A stretch of 59,958 nt of DNA, the filler included, from an uncultured bacterium (lineage in GTDB: Bacteria; Hinthialibacterota; Hinthialibacteria; Hinthialibacterales; Hinthialibacteraceae), in the NCBI GenBank assembly GCA_964449065.1. It is 7 parts of 7 records of this genome, joined end to end, with 100 filler letters (N's around TTAATTAATTAA, not from the genome) between each part and the next. Parts side by side here need not be neighbours in the genome. Positions count along the whole stretch, not along the records: positions 17,511 to 26,037 come from CAYVAZ010000217.1; positions 26,138 to 34,574 come from CAYVAZ010000219.1; 5 more parts are not named here. One strand, 5' to 3'. A program made the translations under genes and the position numbers. Shown piece after piece: positions 19,798 to 30,390 of this stretch. The notes under the pieces are model-generated. The model saw only the letters and a program-made list of their open reading frames with translations. It searched no databases and was not told the origin of the DNA. Each line of letters opens with the position of its first letter. Within the stretch, counting starts at the first letter, position 1.

Positions 19798-20745
19798 TTA
19801 TTCAGACTTCGCGCCCTCTTCTTCACTGGTTTGTGCCGGTGCCGCAGCTGGCTGCTGAGGAGCCGGTTCCTGTGCTGTGGCTTGTGGCGGTGCCGGTATG
19901 GGATCCGCGGGCGGAGCCGGTGTTGATGCCGCGGGCGGTGCAGGAGTATTGGTCTCTGCCGCCGGGGCGGATACCGGTGTGGACTGCTCTTCGACCGCGT
20001 TGGCGGATGCCGCTTCGGCTTGTGCCGCCGCGTTTTCGGCTTCCATCTCGCCTTCGGAGACAGCCATCTTGCCTTCGTTGACCGCTTCGGCGATTTTAGA
20101 GACCATTAAGCGGACGGCGCGGATGGCATCGTCATTGCCCGGGATGACGTAATCGATATCATCCGGATCGCAATTGCTATCGACCAAGGCAACAACCGGG
20201 ATATTGAGTTTTCGGGCTTCCAGCACGGCGATATGGTCTTTGCGTGTATCGGTAATAAATATCGCATCCGGCAGGCCGTTCATGTTACGGATGCCGGCGA
20301 GATTGCGGTTGAGCTTGTCGCGTGTCTTTGTCAGTTCCAAGATTTCTTTTTTGGTTAAGTGTTTGGTCTTTTCGGGATCGCTTAGCTGCTCATCGAGTTC
20401 ATCCAAACGCTTAATGCGCAGCTTGATGGTTTCGTAGTTGGTGAGCATGCCGCCCAGCCAGCGGTGGTTGACATAATACATGCCGCATTTGGCGGCTTCT
20501 TCTTTGACGGTATCCTGTGCCTGTTTTTTGGTACCGACGAACAGAATTTTTCCGTTATCCTGCGCCAAATCATGGATAAAACGGCAGGCTTCTTTCAGCA
20601 GGCGGACGGTTTTTTTGAGATCAATGATGTAGATGCCGTTGCGTTCACTGAAGATATACTTCGACATTTTGGGGTTCCAACGGCGGGTTTGATGCCCAAA
20701 ATGAACTCCGGATTCCAGGAGTTGTTTCATGGTTACACTAGCCAT
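19798..20745 (-). CDS. rpsB: 30S ribosomal protein S2 with Ala/Pro-rich C-terminal tail
   Basis: [33 protein letters not shown]. Confidence 0.98.
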   Translation of the reverse strand: MASVTMKQLLESGVHFGHQTRRWNPKMSKYIFSERNGIYIIDLKKTVRLLKEACRFIHDLAQDNGKILFVGTKKQAQDTVKEEAAKCGMYYVNHRWLGGMLTNYETIKLRIKRLDELDEQLSDPEKTKHLTKKEILELTKTRDKLNRNLAGIRNMNGLPDAIFITDTRKDHIAVLEARKLNIPVVALVDSNCDPDDIDYVIPGNDDAIRAVRLMVSKIAEAVNEGKMAVSEGEMEAENAAAQAEAASANAVEEQSTPVSAPAAETNTPAPPAASTPAPPADPIPAPPQATAQEPAPQQPAAAPAQTSEEEGAKSE

Positions 20746-20830
20746 AGTGCGAAACTCCTTCAATACCTTGCGGTAAGATGCGTGCGTTCCACGAGCGGAA
20801 CTGCACAAAGTTGTTTATTGTAGCCTGGAT
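20746..20830 (-). promoter_or_regulatory. putative rpsB leader with -10 box
   Basis: TACAAT followed by two hairpins (GTTCCGCTCGTGGAAC; TACCGCAAGGTA with GCAA loop) and AAGGAG SD; position expected for an S2 autoregulatory leader. Confidence 0.4.
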
Positions 20831-20926
20831 TGTGGGTAGGGCAAGGCGGGCTTGCGGTTCGAGGAGTTCATGATTGCCAAGCGTATTGATGTGGGATAGG
20901 ATACACAAATAGGTAAGGAAGGTAAA

Positions 20927-21146
20927 ATGATGAAGAAATTGATTGAATCCATACAACGCATAATCAAAGGTAAACAGAAAGACTCTATCAAAAAGCTATC
21001 CTCTGCCACACACCCTGCTTGTGGGATGTGGAGAGACCGTGTTGATATGGTGGATGTTGGTGGGTATGTGTATGATCTTCGTAAAGGGCGGTTTGGGGAT
21101 TTTCGTTCGAGATTGAGTTTGATTGACTGTTAATGTTTTGATCTGG
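20927..21146 (+). pseudogene. decayed vapBC module (antitoxin plus frameshifted PIN N-terminus)
   Basis: CGMWRDRVDMVDV..YV.DLRKGR is a VapB-like C-terminus; LIDC/NVLIW (PIN strand 1, +1 shift) is cut off by a REP at 21145. Confidence 0.5.
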
Positions 21147-21176
21147 TGGGCTGCTTCGCGGGCCCACCCTACCTTG
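21145..21176 (-). repeat. GTAGGGTGGG..CCCACC REP (inverted copy)
   Basis: Reverse complement CAAGGTAGGGTGGGCCCGCGAAGCAGCCCACC is the same family as 23036 and 24260. Confidence 0.75.
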
Positions 21177-21320
21177 CTGTTTGGCTGAATGTATTGTTAT
21201 TATGTTGAATATGTTTGTTGAAAAGAATTTGAATTCAAAAAAGTAGATTTAAAGATTTTTGTTGTAATTGAGTTTAATTGAAGTTAATTGATCAATTCTA
21301 TTGTAGATCAATCGATTTAG

Positions 21321-22052
21321 ATGGGAAAAACTATGTCTGATAGACGCTGGGGAATTTATATCGACATTGAAGGATTTGGCAAAAAGTATAGCCAAGATAT
21401 GGTTAAGGCACTTAGCCCTTTGAATGCCCTTATGAAAGGAATATTCGATATAGGAACAAAAAAATATAATGATGATGTCAACCGATTGTTTGCTCACCAG
21501 ATTGGAGATGGCTTCGTTATAGTATCTTGTTTCGAAGAGGAGAAATTGGATAGGTCAATTGCCATCGCAATAGCACTTATGAGGCATATTTTAACCTCAG
21601 GAGGTATTGCAAAAGTTTCAATAGCAGAGGGTGGATTCTCTGACATACATGGTTGTTATTCAACAAGTATAACTGATTTTGAAGAAAGTGGCCGAATACC
21701 AATTGGAAGAGGTCTAATGACAATAAGTCCTATAATGGGTACATCTTTAATTAATGCTGTCGAATTGGATAAACGTAGCCCTTCTGGATCTCTGCTTACT
21801 GTTGATAATAGGAACAAAAATCGTATCTCTTCAAATTTCTGTATAAATGCAATAGAGGATGAATTGCTATCGATTAATTGGCTGATTGGTGAACACAACT
21901 TAGTTACCGAAATTTGCAATGACACAAATTTAAACAACCCACCTGAAGAAGAACGTATAAAACTACTTACAACTTATATCAATGAAAATGCATTAAAACC
22001 AAGTTGGATTAGAAATACTTGTTATGAACAAGGTGTATATATTCAAAAATAA
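21321..22052 (+). CDS. stand-alone class III nucleotide cyclase-like protein (AT-rich)
   Basis: YIDIEGF...QIGDGF...KVSIAEG...GTSLINAVEL follows the cyclase motif order. Confidence 0.55.
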   Translation: MGKTMSDRRWGIYIDIEGFGKKYSQDMVKALSPLNALMKGIFDIGTKKYNDDVNRLFAHQIGDGFVIVSCFEEEKLDRSIAIAIALMRHILTSGGIAKVSIAEGGFSDIHGCYSTSITDFEESGRIPIGRGLMTISPIMGTSLINAVELDKRSPSGSLLTVDNRNKNRISSNFCINAIEDELLSINWLIGEHNLVTEICNDTNLNNPPEEERIKLLTTYINENALKPSWIRNTCYEQGVYIQK

Positions 22053-22198
22053 TTGCAGCAGATTTTCCGCTTTCTGTAAAAAATATTTTTCGATTTTAAC
22101 ATTGAAGAGATGAAAATTTCATTAAATATTACTTCATAACTATTTTAAGGTATTCGTGCTTGGTGACGAAATAGATTATTAAATTACTGGAAGTAAAA

Positions 22199-23058
22199 AT
22201 GGATGCGTATAAACGTGCTCTTGAAATCATGGAATTAAGTCCAGAAGCTACACCTGGGGAAATAAAACAGGCTTACCGTGACTTAGCAAAAGTATGGCAT
22301 CCAGATAGATTTCAAGAAAATTCACGTGTCAGGAATAAAGCAGAAAAAAAATTGAAAGAAATAAATCAAGCATATAAAATCCTTCAAAACTTCTCTACTA
22401 ATTTTCATCCTGAATTTAATCATACTTCTAATACAAAACCCAATAAACATTATTCAAATAATGAGCAGCAAACATATTCATCTGAGAAAAATGCATCTTC
22501 TTCAAGTTCACGCTCCAACAATAGTAAAAAAGCTGAGTCACCACAGAATACTATAATCCATTTTAAATTGGTTGATAAAATATTTGGTTTATCATTAGTT
22601 GTAGTTTTATCTTTTCTCTTATTAATATTTTTAGTTGAAATATTCGAGAACATCTATAAAACCAATGAAATAGAAGAGTCCGTTATACATAACGTTAATA
22701 GTTTTGATGTCATAAAACTTGAAAATGGTATAATTTTAGAAGGTGTTATAATTTCCGAAGGAGATTACATTCAAATCGAATGTATCGGTGGGACTTTCAC
22801 AATTCCGGCTTTATCCATCTTGAATATTAGCCGCTCCAAACCCGGTGAAAGCATGATCTTGATGGCGAAACATCTCTATCAGAGCAACCAATTAATTCGG
22901 GCAGAGCATTGGGCGAAGCGAGCGCGAGTGTAAAGCAATTGGAAAAAAGAAAGTGTCTCATTGCTGCAATCTATTGCCCGGAAACTAAAAGAGCAGGAAA
23001 AAGCACGTAAAGGAAAAGAAAAACGAGAAATCGAACAAGGTAGGGTGGGATCTCGGTA
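22199..23058 (+). pseudogene. J-domain membrane protein with premature stop, truncated at a REP
   Basis: IKQAYRDLAKVWHPDRF...INQAY J domain, TM helix; TAA at 22931-22933 followed by in-frame SNWKKESVSLLQ...EIEQG running into the REP. Confidence 0.6.
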
Positions 23059-23071
23059 ACAGCCCACCGGA
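23036..23071 (+). repeat. 36-bp GTAG-type REP
   Basis: CAAGGTAGGGTGGGATCTCGGTAACAGCCCACCGGA, identical at 24260-24295. Confidence 0.85.
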
Positions 23072-23136
23072 AGAGAGAGCCTGGCGATAGAAATTCAAAT
23101 TAAACCCAATTTTCAGGACTACCAAGATATACATTG

Positions 23137-23652
23137 TCATATAGTGTGTTGATTTATAAGATTCTGAACGTGTACGTAAAATTCACGGCTCAAATAGAGT
23201 GTACTGTCATCGAAAAGTTGATCGAGATGAGTGATAAGTTCAGTTTGGGTGAGCCTTTGTGTTTTAAACGCGCGGATAAGAATACCAATACTACCAGTTA
23301 CAGTATGTTCTTGATGTTCCAATACTTTACGTAATTCCAGATCATCGGTGAGCGTTATCTCAGGTTTATACTTTGAAGTGAGGATTACAACACTCATATC
23401 TGTAAGTTGTATCTGAAATCCAGTCAGGTTTTGTTGTTGGATTTTTATTTCGTGTGGCTCAACGTTAGCAATTGTAAGGTGATCCCCAAGTACTTTTTTG
23501 ATGTGCTCACGAATTCTGTATTGGACTAATTCTGCTTCTACTTGTGGAGAGATCATTAAATTGGAGAAGATTGTAAGTAGATGGGAACAACCAATTTCAG
23601 TTAGATGAAGCAGAGGACCGGTGTCCGATACGGTAACCTTAGTCTCCATCAA
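23137..23652 (-). CDS. PIN-domain (DUF3368-like) toxin
   Basis: VSDTGPLLHL, V.AEL, LTDDLELR, GSIGILIRA. Confidence 0.8.
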   Translation of the reverse strand: MMETKVTVSDTGPLLHLTEIGCSHLLTIFSNLMISPQVEAELVQYRIREHIKKVLGDHLTIANVEPHEIKIQQQNLTGFQIQLTDMSVVILTSKYKPEITLTDDLELRKVLEHQEHTVTGSIGILIRAFKTQRLTQTELITHLDQLFDDSTLYLSREFYVHVQNLINQHTI

Positions 23653-23899
23653 GTCCCCACTTTACATCTTGGGTAACCGCTTCACGGGCGTAGACGAGTT
23701 CTTGTACGAACTCGTCATCCAGCAGGGTTACTGCTTCTTCCTGAGAGATATTCCCTGCTAGATAAGAGGATTTAATCTGATTGCGGTACATCGCAGCCAA
23801 ACCTTGATCAAGTGCTTCCGCTAATACATCCGATTCCTGTCGTCCTGTTACCTGAACTAAATACTCCAACTTCTCATGGACAGATTGCTGTTCCAACAT
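23639..23899 (-). CDS. antitoxin
   Basis: Acidic 86-aa protein overlapping the PIN gene; RHH-like N-terminus, Y.AG.IS.EEA motif. Confidence 0.7.
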   Translation of the reverse strand: MLEQQSVHEKLEYLVQVTGRQESDVLAEALDQGLAAMYRNQIKSSYLAGNISQEEAVTLLDDEFVQELVYAREAVTQDVKWGLDGD

Positions 23900-24026
23900 T
23901 TCTGTGTTCCTTTGGACAACCGTATTGTAGTTACTTTATGTATGATAGAATTGTATTACGTTTTAGATAGGCAATCAAACGGTTTGTTGCGTAGGCCGTG
24001 GACTTTTTCCTTGCGCCATCACGGGG

Positions 24027-24233
24027 TTGTATTATTCACAAGGGAAGTATGCGGAGGCGGAAGCCGCTTTACCAGCGTTGGATCAAAGTAAAATGGAAAT
24101 ACATCCTTACATACCAATGGTCTATGGAAATTATGCAATCATGCTTAACGAAACCGGGCGTGATGAAGAAGCCCGTAAGTATGAGGCAAAAGCCGCCGCC
24201 GCGCAAGCCAAACTCGATGCCCAAAACCAATAG
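24027..24233 (+). pseudogene. C-terminal fragment of a TPR protein
   Basis: LYYSQGKYAEAE...NYAIML.ETGR.EEA TPR_12-like fragment without a convincing start. Confidence 0.5.
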
Positions 24234-24259
24234 CAGGGTGTGTCGGTTTGTAAATATAG

Positions 24260-24295
24260 CAAGGTAGGGTGGGATCTCGGTAACAGCCCACCGGA
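24260..24295 (+). repeat. 36-bp GTAG-type REP
   Basis: Identical to 23036-23071. Confidence 0.85.
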
Positions 24296-24305
24296 TAGGT
24301 ATTTG

Positions 24306-24551
24306 TTACTCATATACATTTTTGCGGTGTGATACTCTTATCACTAACACAACTAGGATATCGTAATCGATATGATAGATGACACGGTAATCGCCAACCC
24401 GAATGCGGTATTGATCTTGGTTGGCTTTGAGTTTGAGGCAGTCTTTTGGTCTTGGGTTTTCTGCTAGGGTAAGAATACGCCCTTTGAATTTTGTGTAAAT
24501 ATCACGATCCAGTTAGCGAAAATCTTTCTTCACCGGTTTTGCGAAACGGAA
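24306..24551 (-). pseudogene. RelE/StbE toxin pseudogene (not in ORF track)
   Basis: Hand translation FRFAKPVKKDFR*LDRD...LAENPRPKDCLKLK...YRIRVGDYRVIY...VSHRKNVYE*; internal stop at 24513-24515, no start. Confidence 0.8.
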
Positions 24552-24598
24552 TCATAAATTGAACACACGCCCTGTGGTTTATCCGTCCCAAGGGCAAT

Positions 24599-24626
24599 GA
24601 GAGGCAGCCAAAAGGGGCTGCCTCTC
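24599..24626 (-). terminator. hairpin downstream of sat
   Basis: GAGAGGCAGCC-AAAAGG-GGCTGCCTCTC stem; weak U tract. Confidence 0.5.
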
Positions 24627-24677
24627 TGTAAGGTTACATTCATCGGCATAGAGTTGTGTGAAGAATGAACAAAGGTA

Positions 24678-25889
24678 TCAGTTTTCTTTTTTCATCGCGG
24701 CTTCTTTTTGAAAATGCTCGGCCAAAATGGCAGCCACCTCAGGGCGCGAAAACTCTTCCGGCAGTTTTTCGCCTAGGGAGAGCATCTCACGCACTTTGGT
24801 TCCGGACAGGAACACATAATCTTCCGGCGTATGATCGGGATGATCGCGCATCATGACCACTTTGTTTAGTTTTTTCGACCACGCGGTGTGATCGGCATTA
24901 AAGATTTCAATCTGCAACGCGTCATCCGGCACTTCTTCCTCAAAAATCTTTTGCGCGTCAAACGCCCCATAATAACTGCCCACACCGGCATGGTCGCGCC
25001 CGACGATCAAATGCGTTGCCCCGGCGTTTTGGCGGAACACGGCATGAAGCACTGCTTCACGCGGCCCGGCATACATCATATCGAACCCATACCCACAGAC
25101 CAAAACCGTCCGTGGCGGGAAGTACACTTCCACCATCTTGCGGATGGAGGCATCGCGTACATCCGCGGGGATATCGCCCGGCTTGAGTTTGCCCAACAGC
25201 ATGTGAATCAAGATTCCATCCGCGCCGACCGCTTCATACGCCATGCGGCAGAGTTCTTCGTGCGCGCGGTGCATCGGGTTGCGGGTTTGGAAGGCGACCA
25301 CCTTGTTCCAGCCCACTTTTTCAATAAACGCGCGGATTTGATAGGCCGTCATAAACGTATCCGGGAAATCGTTTTCGAAGTACGAGAAGTTAAACACGTT
25401 GATGGGACCGGATACTACAAACTTGCCCTGCGAGGTAAACGCGCTTACGCCCGGATGCTCCGGGTCGGTGGTGCGGAACACTTTTTCGGTGATGGAATGC
25501 AGTTGTTCATCCGTCAGTGCTTCAATGGCTTCGACATCCTGCACCGCGATGATGGGGTTGCCTTCGACGTTGGGGTCTTTCAGCGCAATGCGCTTGGCGC
25601 CGCGGATGGCTTCAACATCATCGAGCATATTCAGAACCGGTACCGGCCAAAACANNNNNNNNNNGGATGTGGTTTTCATATTGTTGGCGACGCTTTCGGC
25701 ATCGGCGATGTTCATATAGCCGGTCAGCGGGTTGAAGTATCCGCTGCCCAGCATCACCGCGTTGGCGGCAGTAGCGGAACTGACCACCACGGACGGCAGC
25801 GATTCGGCTTCTTTCAGCAATTCGGCGCGTTCGGCGTCGTTATCCACAATCAGCGGATTGAGTGTTGGTGAACCGTGCGGTTCAATCAT
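24678..25889 (-). CDS. sat: sulfate adenylyltransferase (ATP sulfurylase); 10-N scaffold gap inside
   Basis: VAFQTRNPMHRAHE, YAGPREA, IVGRDHAGVG, LSGTKVR, FSRPEV. Confidence 0.96.
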   Translation of the reverse strand: MIEPHGSPTLNPLIVDNDAERAELLKEAESLPSVVVSSATAANAVMLGSGYFNPLTGYMNIADAESVANNMKTTSXXXXFWPVPVLNMLDDVEAIRGAKRIALKDPNVEGNPIIAVQDVEAIEALTDEQLHSITEKVFRTTDPEHPGVSAFTSQGKFVVSGPINVFNFSYFENDFPDTFMTAYQIRAFIEKVGWNKVVAFQTRNPMHRAHEELCRMAYEAVGADGILIHMLLGKLKPGDIPADVRDASIRKMVEVYFPPRTVLVCGYGFDMMYAGPREAVLHAVFRQNAGATHLIVGRDHAGVGSYYGAFDAQKIFEEEVPDDALQIEIFNADHTAWSKKLNKVVMMRDHPDHTPEDYVFLSGTKVREMLSLGEKLPEEFSRPEVAAILAEHFQKEAAMKKEN

Positions 25890-26137
25890 GAGACAAACCT
25901 CCTATGTTCTATTTATCCTAATTTCTACTTGAAATTGGGTATTCGTACACACAGCAATTCCGGCAGGATTTGTGTCAACTCATCAAAGATGTGGGATCAA
26001 AGCGATATCCTAGCCGAAGTGTAGATATTATTGTTGGNNNNNNNNNNNNNNNNNNNNNNNNNNNNNNNNNNNNNNNNNNNNTTAATTAATTAANNNNNNN
26101 NNNNNNNNNNNNNNNNNNNNNNNNNNNNNNNNNNNNN

Positions 26138-26301
26138 AACCCTCACCCCGTCCCTCTCCCGGTGGGCGAGGGCGATAGATTCAGCGAACGATGAGAAAAA
26201 CGGGCATATCATAATGTAGTGCGTAACGTGAGTTATTAAGTCAATGACATTGGGGCTAAGGGGGATCGATACCCGTCAATAAAACGTTGACACTGTACTA
26301 G
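26138..26301. repeat. stacked repeat ends: CCCTCACCCC palindrome, IS4-like end, CTAG-terminated end
   Basis: 26138-26180 resembles ~42870-42911; 26236-26252 TTAAGTCAATGACATTG resembles 57838-57854; 26260-26301 matches 36266-36307. Confidence 0.7.
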
Positions 26302-26408
26302 TATGTTGTGGGTTTTTCCCCGACAATGAATTGTTACTTCTTTGCACATAAGACGTAAGACAAACCAAATATTTGTGGGCTATACTATTTTACAATTTTG
26401 GAGACAAC

Positions 26409-29400
26409 ATGAAGCAACTACCATTTCTCATTGTATCGTTTCTAATTGCGACTCTATTGATGGGCACTCCTGTCTCGCATTCTCAGATTGTTACGACGGA
26501 AGACCTCTTTCTGGCCTATTTGCGTACCGGCCAAAGCGAAGACGCGTTGAATGCCTTTACAGAACTAACGGAAGAGAATTCCCGCAACCATCTTGCCCAC
26601 GCCATACGGGGGTATTTGCTGCAAAGCCACGGCACGCCGCAAGAATCAATGAACGCGTTTTTGGATGCCATGTATTATGGCAGCGGCAACCCGGAAGCGA
26701 CGCTGTTTGTGTATGAAGCCCTGAACCAAGCGCGCGGCAAAACCGATTATCAAACCATTTTGCAACGGCTAACCGATACGCTGCAAAAAAACCGGTTGAG
26801 CCCTCATTTTAAGGAATTGCTTCATTTTGACAGCGGCAAACTATTGCAGCGGCTGGGGCGTTGGGATGAAGCGCAAACACACTTTGACCGTTTGAATTTC
26901 ATTACGGATTTTTATTATTGCGGTCCGTTCGATAACGCGGAAAAGGGCGGCCATGACCGGGTCTTTGGCCCGGAAGAAGAATTGGACATTCAGCAATCGT
27001 ATGAGGGACGCTTGCGGGATGTATCTTGGAGACTATTGCCGCAAGTCAATTACCGGGAAGGGTACATCAACCTTCATGATATCACCGCTCCTTCAAAAGA
27101 ATCCACCACGTATCTTCTTGCCCGTTTTCAATCGTCCACTCAACAGCGCTGCCGAATTACGCTGGGCCATGCGGGTGCTGTAAAAGCATGGTTGAATGGA
27201 AATCTCATCACCGATGTAAACCGGTATCATTCTCCGCAATTGGATCAAATCAACATCGAAGAACGGTTGGATGAAGGCGAACACACATTGCTCATCAAAA
27301 TCGGCGCGGGTGAGGAAGGAAAGTACGGTTTGTACGCCCGTTTGATTCCGGAAGAGGAAGATTCGATCACGTTTATCACCTCGAAGGAAGACATCGATAT
27401 CGAGGCTTCACATACTCCTAAGCCGGATCAAACCCCACCGCCGACCATAACCCAAGAACCGGTCGCCTTGCAAAAGTTGAAGGCGATCGCGGAATCGCCC
27501 GCCGCGGGAGCGTATCATCACATTTTTTACGCGCTGATGCTGCAGCGGTTGCATGTCGCGGATGAAAACGATCAGAGCGTCAACGCGATGCTCAGCCAAC
27601 TGAATCAATTGTTTTCGGATAACCCCTTGCTGCTGCGGCTTTTGGGGGAATCGGAAAAGCAAGAGAACCTCAGTAGGCTGGCTTATGAACGGGTGTTGGA
27701 TATCAGTCCAAACGACCGGACGGCGTTTCTAAACGTATTTGACTATTACAAAAATTCCATCTATGCCACCAAGGCGTTTGATTTCTATAAAACGTGGGAT
27801 CAAACCCAGCCTGGAAGCGCAGAGATTCAACTGCGCTATGCCGATTTGCTGCATCAAAAGGGAATGAACGAAGCGGCGGTTCCTGTCCTGCAAGCATTGT
27901 TGGATACAAATTTAAAACAAGAGGCCGCTTGGCGTTTGTCCCGGTTCAACAACAGCCGCTTGACGAATAAAAACCAGGCGGATTTGATCCGCAGCGTGTT
28001 GGAACAGAATGCGGAACGGCTGGATGCAGTGGCATGGCTGCAAGGNNNNNNNNNNGAACGCGCTGCGAAACGGCGATTTGAACGCCTATCAAACCTTGTT
28101 GCAGCATGAGCGGAACATTGAACCGTTGTCAACATCGGGGCTGTTGGCATTGGCGCGATATTATCAAGCCAGAGGGGAATATGTAAAATCGCTGGAAGAT
28201 CCAAAGGGATCGCTGCAAACTGTTTTTCGTATTTCCCCCGATCATTTTGAGGCACACAAACTGGCGGCTATCGCTCATCACGCGCTGGGAGATGACAGCA
28301 AAGCGATTGAACACATCAACCGCGCGCTGCAAGTTCGTTCTTCCGACCAATGGTGCTTGGAATACAAAGAATTGCTGAACGCCGAAGACGAAAACTATGC
28401 GGCACCCTACCTGAACAACTGGCAGGATGTAGAAATTCCGGATGCATTGGATCTTTCCAAGGCGAATTATGTGGTGCTGCGGCATCAAGAAATCACCAAA
28501 GTCCATCCCAACGGCAATTCCAGCGAGACGGTGCGGGAAGCCATCAAGGTGCTGACGGATACCGGTATCCGCTATCAGCAGGTACGCGGGGTGTATTATG
28601 AAAGCGGGCTGGAAGAAGTGCGCGTCACCAAAGCGCGGGTATGGAAACCGGACGGAACCTATATCGATGCGCCGCGGGCGCGGCATCAAACCGCGTCATC
28701 GGCCGCGGATGCCGCCAATAAGTTGTATCAAGATTTTAACGTAGCCGTCGTGCAGTTTCCGGCATTGGAAAAAGGATCGGTAATTGAGTTTGAATACGAA
28801 AAAAACCACCGGACGGAAAACATCTTTGCCGATTACTTTGGCGATATATTTTATATGGGCGACCCATCATTGGAGCCATCGGTTGAGCGGGAGTATGTTT
28901 TGATCACCCCCAAATCCCGCAACTTTTACTATAAATTGATTGATCCCAATTATCCGCCCAGCGTATCGGCCAACACGGTAGAAATTTCGCCGCAGCCGGA
29001 GATTCATGAAACCGGGGTGGAGCGTGTGTACCGCTGGTCGGGCGTCAATTTGCCGGCCGTGCCCCGCGAACCGCTGATGCCTGCCGTGACGGAGATTCTC
29101 CCGTATATCAAAGTATCCACATTTCAGACCTGGAATGATATGACCGAATGGTATTGGGATCTGTCAAAGGATCAACTCAAACCGGGGACGGTGGTCAAAC
29201 AGAAGTTAGAACAAGTTATCGCGGAATACCGCTCGAAGTATGGGATGTCTTCGGAAAAAGAGTTAAGCGACTGGGATTATGTCAAAGCGGTGAACGATTA
29301 TGTCAACACCGATATCCGTTATTTGGGATTGGAATTCGGCATTCACGGCTATAAGCCTCATAAGGTGGATGAGATTTGCAGCGCGCAGTATGGCGACTGC

Positions 29401-30336
29401 AAAGACAAAGCGGCTTTGGCGGTCGCGATGCTGAATGAAGTGGGGGTGGATGCCAACATGGTGATTTTGCGTACCACCGACCGCGGGGAGATTGATTATG
29501 AACTCCCCTCGTTGGGTATCTTCAATCACGCGATTTATTATGTGCCCGATGTGAACGGCAAGGAGAAATGGATCGACGGCACGGCTACCTTCTTCGGGGC
29601 GGATGAACTCCCTTCAGGAGACGCGGGGGCCAATAGTTTGATCGTGAAACCGGGTGGGGGTCATGAATTTAAGCGTATCCCGTATTCGAACGCGGAAGAG
29701 AACGGCGGCATATACACCACCGCCTTACAAATCGATGAAGAGGGCAATGCCGTGGGGCAGCGCTCGGCTTCGTTTCGCGGCTTGTACAACCCGATTGTCC
29801 GCCGAACGTATGAAAATCAAACCAAAGCGAAAGAAGTGGTTGACCGCACGCTGGTGAGCCGCTATCCCGGCGCCAGTTCTTCCAACATCCAAATCTCCGA
29901 TTTAGAGGATTACGCATCCGATGAAAGCGTCTCGTATGAGATGACCCTCCCCGGGTTCGCGGCAAAGCGTGACGATCATCTGCTTTTGCCTTGCACCATG
30001 TTCCCGGAGCAAATGTCGCAGCGCTACGCGCAGCTTTCCAAGCGTGAATACGATTTGGTATTGAACTATCCATGGACGCGCACCAATGTGCAGACCTATC
30101 AATTGCCGGTAAACGCGGAGGACGTCACCCTTCCGCAAGACCGCGCGATCACGACCCGGTTTGGGGAATACCAACGGACGGCGGAATGGAAAGACGGCGT
30201 GGTGAAAATCAAAGAAACCATTGTGTTTGATTTGATTCGGCTGCCGAAAGAGAAGTATCAAGACTTCCGCGATTTTTGCCGCTTGGTGGATGAAGCGCAG
30301 GAAGAAAAAGTGATTTTCAAGGTTCAATCTCAATAA
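26409..30336 (+). CDS. large secreted TPR + DUF3857 + transglutaminase-like protein (one gene split by the N gap at 28046-28055)
   Basis: GGAG SD and signal peptide; TPRs; CGPF...FGPE beta-sandwich; FPALEKGSVIEFEY (DUF3857); GDCKDKA, FNHAI, WIDGT triad. Confidence 0.85.
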
Positions 30337-30390
30337 ACAATCTCAATGAACATACAGCACCTCTATGAAAAATAGTTAAAGGATAAAAGC

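Noticed and set aside
8990..22052. cNMP-binding protein as effector of the cyclase-like gene (Pycsar-like pair)
   Set aside because: They are on different contigs, and the cNMP protein has no TM or TIR effector domain.
23036..24295. Two identical 36-bp repeats as CRISPR repeats or integron attC sites
   Set aside because: They are 1.2 kb apart, palindromic GTAG-type REPs, and lack the RYYYAAC/GTTRRRY boxes.
24888..25871. 327-aa ORF antisense to sat, and many other antisense ORFs
   Set aside because: Shadow frames of GC-rich genes with no recognisable motifs.
28046..28055. Frameshift splitting the first DUF3857 gene (programmed frameshift or pseudogene)
   Set aside because: The frame change coincides with a 10-N gap of unknown true length.
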